Assembly (NCBI GenBank): GCA_015233335.1
Contig: JADFXX010000008.1
Location: 11,798 to 75,797, forward strand
Direction: 5' to 3'
Source: Candidatus Omnitrophota bacterium
Lineage (GTDB): Bacteria; Omnitrophota; Gorgyraeia; Zapsychrales; Fredricksoniimonadaceae
DNA length: 64,000 nucleotides
Positions 57,369 to 64,000 of the stretch are shown here, piece by piece (positions within the stretch are counted from its first letter, which is position 1; each line of letters opens with the position of its first letter). A program made the translations under genes and the position numbers. A model generated the notes under the pieces. It did not search any database. It worked only from the letters and a program-made list of their open reading frames with translations, and was not told the DNA's origin.

Positions 57369-58637
57369 ATGTTTCTTTTGTATGATCTCCTTTTTTTAAT
57401 TTACGCGATTCTTTACCTGCCCTATTTGCTGATAACCAACCGAGGATACGCAGGTTATGCCATTCGTTTTGGTTTTTTCCCCCCGTCGATACAAAAGCGG
57501 GTCAAGGGTATGGCCAATATATGGGTGCATGCGGTCAGTGTGGGCGAGGTGATGGTGGCGGAGGGGTTTATCGAGCAGTTAAGAAAGAAATTCCCTTCTT
57601 ACCAGCTGGTCTTGACGGTGACGACCAAAACCGGTTATGCGCTGGCTCTCAAACGACTGCAGCATAGTGCGGTCGTTATCCCGTCGCCTTTGGATTTCAG
57701 TTTTGTCGCAGGAAGGTTTTCCGATCTTATCAATCCAAAGATATACATCGCGGCCGAAACAGAAATTTGGCCTAATCTTTACGTTCAATTATACCGCAAG
57801 CGTATTCCCATAGCGGTCATTAACGGTCGCATTTCGGATAAATCTTTTGATTGTTACAAGATTATCGGATTTATATTAAAAGGCGTTCTAAGCCGGGTTT
57901 CCGTTTGGTGTATGCAGACTCCTCAAGATGCGGGGAGGATCTTGGCCCTCGGAGCTGAAGCTTCACGGGTCTTTGTGACGGGTAATTTAAAGTTTGATGG
58001 TTTGACCCGGTTTTCGCAAGGATCATCCGGTCAATTAACAAGCGCACATGGAGAACTTTGGTGGGTCGCGGGCTCTACGCATCCGGGTGAAGAAGACATT
58101 GTGCTTGACGTCTATGCGAAAATTATAAAAGAAAACTCCAATTGGCGCTTAGTGATTGCTCCTCGTCATATTGAAAGGGCAGATAAAATCATAGAGCTGG
58201 CCACACATCGCGGATTTAAAGCGCTCAAATTTTCGCATATTCTCAATCACGGTGAAAAGAGAGATTTAGACAAAGCTGTTATAGTGGTCGATACCATCGG
58301 ACATCTGCGCTCTTTATATGCAAAGGCTTCTTTGGTTTTTGTCGGGAAAACTTTACGGGTCGGAGGAGGGCAAAATATCATTGAACCGTCATTTTACGGT
58401 AAGGCTATTATCATTGGGCCGCGGTCTGAGAATTTCAGGGATATTGTTTCCTGTTTTAAAGAGAGAAATGCCCTTGTGCAGGTCAAGGATGATCAAGCTT
58501 TTGAGACTGCCGTCAGAGACTTATGCGCCGATCCGGCAAAACGTGAGGCTCAAGGAGCTAGGGCCCGGGAAGTTGTTTGTGCCAATCAGGGAGCCACACT
58601 GCGCAGTATAGCTCGCTTGGAGGATTATTTGAAATGA
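57369..58637 (+). CDS. waaA: Kdo transferase
   Basis: WVHAVSVGE, ETEIWPN, GSTHPGEE, APRHIER, GGQNIIEP. Confidence 0.95.
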   Translation: MFLLYDLLFLIYAILYLPYLLITNRGYAGYAIRFGFFPPSIQKRVKGMANIWVHAVSVGEVMVAEGFIEQLRKKFPSYQLVLTVTTKTGYALALKRLQHSAVVIPSPLDFSFVAGRFSDLINPKIYIAAETEIWPNLYVQLYRKRIPIAVINGRISDKSFDCYKIIGFILKGVLSRVSVWCMQTPQDAGRILALGAEASRVFVTGNLKFDGLTRFSQGSSGQLTSAHGELWWVAGSTHPGEEDIVLDVYAKIIKENSNWRLVIAPRHIERADKIIELATHRGFKALKFSHILNHGEKRDLDKAVIVVDTIGHLRSLYAKASLVFVGKTLRVGGGQNIIEPSFYGKAIIIGPRSENFRDIVSCFKERNALVQVKDDQAFETAVRDLCADPAKREAQGARAREVVCANQGATLRSIARLEDYLK

Positions 58638-59677
58638 ATCCATATTTACTTTCTGTGTTAAAGGGGGAGAGAAATAGTTTTTTTGCGTTATTGATCACCT
58701 ATTTGTTGCTGCCTTGGACTTTAATCTACGCTCTGGGTGTTTTTTGTCATCGCAATTTTTATCGTTTAAGGGGGGCTTACAAGGCCCCCAAACCGGTCAT
58801 CAGCATTGGCAATATTACTGTCGGAGGGACAGGCAAGACCCCATTGGTGATTTGGCTGGCACGTCATTTGCAGGATAAGGGGTATAAATCCGTTATTTTA
58901 ACTCGAGGGTATATGGCGTCGGGGGCCAAAGACAGCGATGAGGCGGATATGTTCAATGAACAAATCCCCTATATTCCTGTTTTGAAAGGGGCCGACCGTG
59001 TCGCCAATATCAAGAAATCTCTGGGCGTTTTGCCGGTCGATGTGTTTATATGTGACGATGCTTTTCAGCATTGGCCGCTGAGACGCGATTTAAACATTGT
59101 CACAATCGATGCCGTTAATCCGTTTGGACGCGGTTATCTTTTACCCGCAGGGATTTTGCGCGAAGGTTTATCTGCCTTAAAGCGAGCGGATGTCATTGTG
59201 TTGACAAAAACAGACGGGACCAATAACGTTCAGGCCCTGTCTGCCAAGCTTAAGAAGATTAATGCCCGTGCGTTGATTGTTGAAAGCCTTCATAAAGGCG
59301 GTGACGCGGTGGATGTTTTTGGAAAAGATGCTTTGCCCGTAGATTTCTTAAAAAACATTCCTGTCGCAGGATTTTGCGCTATCGGAGATCCTGTTTCTTT
59401 TGTCTCGGAATTAAAAAATTCCGGGGCCCGTATTATGGGGGTATTTACTTACAGGGACCATCACATTTATCATCAAAAGGACATTCAAGGGATGGTTGAC
59501 TTTTGCCGTGCCCAAACGGTCCCGATACTCGTGACAACCCATAAAGATGCCGTCAAGTTGCATAAATTTAAAGGATTATTTAACGGGCTTCGCTTAGTTT
59601 ATATCCCGATACAGCTAGAAATTACTAAAGGGTCTGATGAATTCATTCAAAAAATTGTGTCTGCTTGCCGCGGTTAA
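58634..59677 (+). CDS. lpxK: Tetraacyldisaccharide 4'-kinase
   Basis: IGNITVGGTGKTP, DDAFQH, LPAG.LRE, TT.KD.VK. Confidence 0.95.
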   Translation: MNPYLLSVLKGERNSFFALLITYLLLPWTLIYALGVFCHRNFYRLRGAYKAPKPVISIGNITVGGTGKTPLVIWLARHLQDKGYKSVILTRGYMASGAKDSDEADMFNEQIPYIPVLKGADRVANIKKSLGVLPVDVFICDDAFQHWPLRRDLNIVTIDAVNPFGRGYLLPAGILREGLSALKRADVIVLTKTDGTNNVQALSAKLKKINARALIVESLHKGGDAVDVFGKDALPVDFLKNIPVAGFCAIGDPVSFVSELKNSGARIMGVFTYRDHHIYHQKDIQGMVDFCRAQTVPILVTTHKDAVKLHKFKGLFNGLRLVYIPIQLEITKGSDEFIQKIVSACRG

Positions 59678-61604
59678 ATCAGCGGCTGTGTTTTTTATGC
59701 TTTTACCTTTTGGCATCGCTCTTTGGATGGGGCGTTGTATCGGTTGGGTCGGCTGGTGTCTTATTCCCCGAAAGAGAGCGGTCGTTTATGCTAATTTAAA
59801 AACAGCGTTCTCCTCAGAGCGTTCACCTTCGGAAATATGTGATTTAACCAAGAGCGTCTTTATTAATTTTGCCCAGAGCTTTGTTGAGCTGTTATGTCTG
59901 CCTAAAATCAAACGTGCAGGTTTTGAACGATTTGTCGATTTGCAAAATAAGGAAAACATCGATCATGCCCTAAAGCTTGGCCGTGGGGTCATTCTTTTGG
60001 CGATCCATTCTGGAAGCTGGGAATTAGCCAGTGTGGTAGGCAGCGTGACAAAACGAGCCTATCATGTGGTCGCCAACGATCAACCCAAGTTGCCTCAATT
60101 AGATGTTATGCTCAATGAATACCGCACCATCGCCGGCGCGCATGTGATACACGAGGGAGCGGCTGCTAAAGAAATTATAACTGCTTTGCATAACAATGAA
60201 ATTATTTCATTAGTGGTAGATCAAGGGGGACGGGAAGGCCAGCCGGTGCCTTTTTTGGGGAAGACGGCATCTATGTCAACAGGGGCTATTCGAATAGCCA
60301 TGAAATATGGTGCTAGCGTATGTCCGGTCTGGATGGAACGCAGGTCTTTGGGGAAACATACTTTAAAGATCTTTCCCGCCATGTCATTAGTATCAACCGG
60401 TAATTTTGAAAAAGATGTTACCGCGAACATTAACCAAGCGGTCAGTATATTTGAAGGCTTGTTAAGAGAGCATCCTCAGGAGTATTTTTGGTTTTATAAA
60501 GTGTTCAAACATTCGAACCAAGCCCGGGTTGTCATTGTGGATGACGGACGCACCGGGCATTTACGTCAGTCTCAATCAGTGGCCCGTAGTTTGGGGGTGG
60601 TTTTAAAGAAAAAAGGCAAGCTGGTTACAGAGGATATTATTTCACTGCAATGGCGCGCTCCCTGGGCTATTTTGGTCTTTTCTCTTTACATATTTTTAGG
60701 CCAGTTTTTTGGTTTTTTAAGAAGAGAAAGTTTCTTAAAATATTTTCTAACCAAAGCCTGTTTTGATGACTTGATGAAACTTAAAGCGGATTTTGTAATC
60801 TCTTGTGGGGCACAGGCCGCGGGGATCAATTATCTATTAAGCCGAAATCATCTGGCCCGCTCCATTGCGATATTAATGCCTTCTCTTCTGTCTTTGGATT
60901 GTTTTGATGTGGTGATTTTACCGGAGCACGACCGTCTCAAGGCCCCCCGTAAGGCCCGGCTGATTAAACTTAAAGTCGCGCCTAATTTGATTGATGGGGC
61001 TTATTTGAAGGACCAGAGTGAGGGGTTAGTCAGACATTATTCTCATTTAAAAAATAGCGTGCGCACCAAATTCGGTGTGCTGATCGGCGGGAATGCCAAG
61101 GGGGTTGTTTTTGACGAGTCTAAAATCCGTCAATTGATCAATCAGCTTAAAGAGACTGCTCTGTATTATAACGCAGATATTTTATTGACTACCTCAAGGC
61201 GTACGCCTCCAGCGATTGAACAGTTGATTTCCAAGGAGCTTAAGAACTTCGAACGCTGTTCTTTATGTATTATTGCCAATCAGCGCAATATCCCTGAAGC
61301 CGTAGGCGGCATTTTAGGCTTGTCTGATTTGGTCATAGTTTCCGGGGAGAGTGTTTCTATGGTTTCGGAAGCTTTGAGTTCAGGTAAAAGCACTATTGTA
61401 TTTTCAGCGGGATTACAGTATGGTGATGTGCCCAGGGACAAATATGACGATTTTGTGTTTAAATTAAATGAACAGGGCTATTTAATGATAACAAGCGTCA
61501 AGGGGTTATCGATGAAAATAGCCCAATTGCTAAGCCGTAAAATAACATTAAAGAATTTGGATGATCAAAGTGTCATTCAAAAGGCCTTAGGGGAGATTGT
61601 TTAA
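59637..61604 (+). CDS. Fusion of lipid A late acyltransferase and ELM1-like domain
   Basis: N-half HSGSWE, VDQG, P.EYFWFYK; C-half DDGRTGH..QS, P.HD, LIGG, TTSRRTP, ESVSMVSEA. Confidence 0.75.
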   Translation: MNSFKKLCLLAAVKSAAVFFMLLPFGIALWMGRCIGWVGWCLIPRKRAVVYANLKTAFSSERSPSEICDLTKSVFINFAQSFVELLCLPKIKRAGFERFVDLQNKENIDHALKLGRGVILLAIHSGSWELASVVGSVTKRAYHVVANDQPKLPQLDVMLNEYRTIAGAHVIHEGAAAKEIITALHNNEIISLVVDQGGREGQPVPFLGKTASMSTGAIRIAMKYGASVCPVWMERRSLGKHTLKIFPAMSLVSTGNFEKDVTANINQAVSIFEGLLREHPQEYFWFYKVFKHSNQARVVIVDDGRTGHLRQSQSVARSLGVVLKKKGKLVTEDIISLQWRAPWAILVFSLYIFLGQFFGFLRRESFLKYFLTKACFDDLMKLKADFVISCGAQAAGINYLLSRNHLARSIAILMPSLLSLDCFDVVILPEHDRLKAPRKARLIKLKVAPNLIDGAYLKDQSEGLVRHYSHLKNSVRTKFGVLIGGNAKGVVFDESKIRQLINQLKETALYYNADILLTTSRRTPPAIEQLISKELKNFERCSLCIIANQRNIPEAVGGILGLSDLVIVSGESVSMVSEALSSGKSTIVFSAGLQYGDVPRDKYDDFVFKLNEQGYLMITSVKGLSMKIAQLLSRKITLKNLDDQSVIQKALGEIV

Positions 61605-61610
61605 AGAATT

Positions 61611-63698
61611 ATGAATATTTTACAAATTCTTCCAGAACTTAATGTAGGAGGGGTTGAGACCGGGACCGTGGATATGGCCAGATATTTGGCCGCCCATGGA
61701 CATAAGTCCATCGTTGTCTCTAATGGCGGCGGTCTAGTCGAGGTGCTTGAGACGCAAGGATGTAAACACTATACGTTGCCGGTGCACAAGAAGAATCTAT
61801 TTACGATGTTTCGTTGTATCTCTAAGCTTGTCGCAATCATCAACTATGAAAAGATTGATATTGTTCACGCCCGTTCGAGAGTCCCTGCATGGATTGCTTT
61901 TTTTGCCTGCAGGCGGACACAAGCCCATTTTGTGACCACATGTCATGGTTACTATTCCCGGCATTTGTTCAGCCGTGTGATGGGCTGGGGGAAACTGGTC
62001 ATTGCCATCAGCGATGTCATCGGACGGCACATGGTGGAAGATCTGGCAACTCCTGCGGAAAATATCCGTGTCATTGCGCGTTCCGTTGATGTTGAGAAAT
62101 TTAACCTGCCCAGAACTCCTAAAACACCTTCTGATCCAATGACTGTTGTCATGATCAGTCGTATTACCCCCCTCAAAGGGCATGCCTACTTTATAAAAGC
62201 CATGGGGCATGTGATCAATCAAATGCCTTCTGTTAAAGTCCAGTTGATCGGGGATGCCCCGGCGAAAAAACAAGCCTATAAGGATGAATTGGTCCTTTTG
62301 GTCAAACGGCTTGGGATAGAAGAACAGGTTGAATTCTTAGGGAATCGCAGGGACATTCCCGAACTTTTATCTAAAGCCGATTGTTTAGTGCTGTCGACGG
62401 TCACTCATGAGGCTTTTGGCCGGGTGATCATTGAAGCCCAGGCTGCAGGGGTGCCTGTCGTAGCGACACGGGTCGGTGGGGTGGCGGAGATCATTGACCA
62501 TGAAAAAACCGGTCTGTTGGTGCTGCCCAAGGATGCTGACGGGATTTCTCGAGCCGTATTGCGTATTTTAAAAGATCCCGCCTTAGCCGCAGGTTTTGTG
62601 CTTGAGGCAAAAAAGAAAATTGAGGACCGGTACACCTTAGTTAAGATGGCGGATGCGACTGTCGCTGTTTATCAAGAGCTTATGCAAACGATGAAAATTT
62701 TGATCATTAAACTGACGGCCGTCGGAGACGTGGTATTAACGACCGCGGCCTTTGCCGCCATTCGCAATAAATTTCCCAATGCGCAAATTTTCTGTTTAAC
62801 CTCTTATGAGGCCAGCGCCATTGTGCAGAATTGCCCTCATTTAAATGGGACCATTGTTGTTAATCCTAAAGCCAAAAGACTACCGGAGCTTTGGCGTATG
62901 AGTCAAGAACTCCGTCGCTATCATTTTGACAAAGTCGTAGATTTACAAAATAACCGCACAAGCCACTTATTGGCTTTTTTGGCCATGGCTCATGAGTCCT
63001 ATGGGTATAATAATGGCAAGTTCGCGTTTTTATTGTCTAGAAAATTGGATAATGATATCCGCAATATTCCACCCGTAGAACATCAATTTCGTATATTGAA
63101 AATGCTCAACATTAATTATGATGCTAATGTCAGGCTTAAGCTATGGCCTTCGGCTAAAGACGAGGCTTATGTGCAGTCCCTTCTGGACAGCGAATGGTTG
63201 AGCGGTTCACAGATTTTTGTAGGATTAAATGTGTCCGCATCCAAGCAATGGCCTACTAAGAATTGGCCTTTGGAATACATAGCTAAATTATGCGATATCT
63301 TAGGACAAAAAAATATACGACTGATTTTAACCGGTGAAAATAAAGATAAAGCTTTAGTCAGGAAGATCTTGCATAAGGCCCATGCCAAGCCCGCCAATTT
63401 TGCGGGGAAAACGACCATTTTGCAGTTGGCGGCGCTTGTTAAGCGCTGCCGGGTCTATATTTCTATGGATTCGGCGCCTTTGCATGTGGCCGCGGCCATG
63501 CAGGTGCCGGTCATAGCTTTTTTTGGGCCAACGGATTTCCGTCGTCATATGCCGCCTTCAGATCGATTTGTGGTGTTGCATAAACCGATGAAATGTTCAC
63601 CTTGTTACTCTAGCATCTGTAAGATCAAGACCCATGCATGCATGAATGATATTGTACCGGAAGAAGTGGCCCGTCAGGTCATCCAATTAATCAAATGA
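61611..63698 (+). CDS. Fusion of GT4 glycosyltransferase and GT9 heptosyltransferase
   Basis: GGVETG, HARSR.PAW, EAFG...EA; then AVGDVVL, K.WP, DSAPLH.AAA, FGPT. Confidence 0.85.
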   Translation: MNILQILPELNVGGVETGTVDMARYLAAHGHKSIVVSNGGGLVEVLETQGCKHYTLPVHKKNLFTMFRCISKLVAIINYEKIDIVHARSRVPAWIAFFACRRTQAHFVTTCHGYYSRHLFSRVMGWGKLVIAISDVIGRHMVEDLATPAENIRVIARSVDVEKFNLPRTPKTPSDPMTVVMISRITPLKGHAYFIKAMGHVINQMPSVKVQLIGDAPAKKQAYKDELVLLVKRLGIEEQVEFLGNRRDIPELLSKADCLVLSTVTHEAFGRVIIEAQAAGVPVVATRVGGVAEIIDHEKTGLLVLPKDADGISRAVLRILKDPALAAGFVLEAKKKIEDRYTLVKMADATVAVYQELMQTMKILIIKLTAVGDVVLTTAAFAAIRNKFPNAQIFCLTSYEASAIVQNCPHLNGTIVVNPKAKRLPELWRMSQELRRYHFDKVVDLQNNRTSHLLAFLAMAHESYGYNNGKFAFLLSRKLDNDIRNIPPVEHQFRILKMLNINYDANVRLKLWPSAKDEAYVQSLLDSEWLSGSQIFVGLNVSASKQWPTKNWPLEYIAKLCDILGQKNIRLILTGENKDKALVRKILHKAHAKPANFAGKTTILQLAALVKRCRVYISMDSAPLHVAAAMQVPVIAFFGPTDFRRHMPPSDRFVVLHKPMKCSPCYSSICKIKTHACMNDIVPEEVARQVIQLIK

Positions 63699-64000
63699 AT
63701 ATTCTTTTTTTAACAACGCATCTGAATACGGGGGGGATCACCAGCTATCTTTTGACCTTAGGGCAAGCTTTAGTTAAGAAGGGCCACAGACTGCTGGTGG
63801 CCTCAAGTGGGGGCAATTGCGTTGCTAGATTTGAGGAGGCCGGAATACGGCATGTACAAATGAACATCCGTACAAAATCCGAAGTGCATCCAAAATTATT
63901 ATTTGCATGGCCCGTTTTGAATCGTTTGATCCGTCAGGAAAATATAAATATCATACATGCTCAGACACGAGTCACCCAAGTGTTAGGTTATGGGCTTAGT
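63695..64000 (+). CDS. GT4 glycosyltransferase, N-terminal part (runs off window)
   Basis: MNILFLTTHLNTGGITSY...SSGG...IIHAQTR; ATGA overlap with the previous gene. Confidence 0.8.
   Translation, partial: MNILFLTTHLNTGGITSYLLTLGQALVKKGHRLLVASSGGNCVARFEEAGIRHVQMNIRTKSEVHPKLLFAWPVLNRLIRQENINIIHAQTRVTQVLGYGLS

Overview
A 64-kb, mostly plus-strand chromosomal segment from a diderm (lipid A-producing) bacterium. The gene style suggests Candidatus Omnitrophota or another PVC-type lineage, but that is inference only. Housekeeping content: amtB-glnK, a Zn/Mn ABC module, a moxR-vWA-bat operon, lpxB/msbA, rpsB-tsf-pyrH-frr followed by three tRNAs, PTS-Ntr-like genes, metK-ahcY-pfkA-aldolase, ilvC-leuA-aroE, dprA-topA-xerC, and waaA-lpxK with LPS glycosyltransferases. 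I see no transposase, CRISPR array or prophage. The most unusual signal is a set of at least three families of short palindromic elements. Several copies lie in frame inside genes, and four of the five intragenic copies sit directly before a signal-peptide hydrophobic segment (ZnuA, BatC, BatD N-terminus, an internal BatD junction); the fifth is in LpxB. A head-to-head pair between ilvC and leuA shows clear base-pair covariation and locus-specific perfect arms. Other notable items: an ANTAR-type dual hairpin plus terminator before amtB, a tandem-duplicated Zn-finger/HNH-like protein, a BatD fused to a 14-blade propeller flanked by repeats, three probable leaderless promoters, and a tRNA starting immediately after the frr stop codon.
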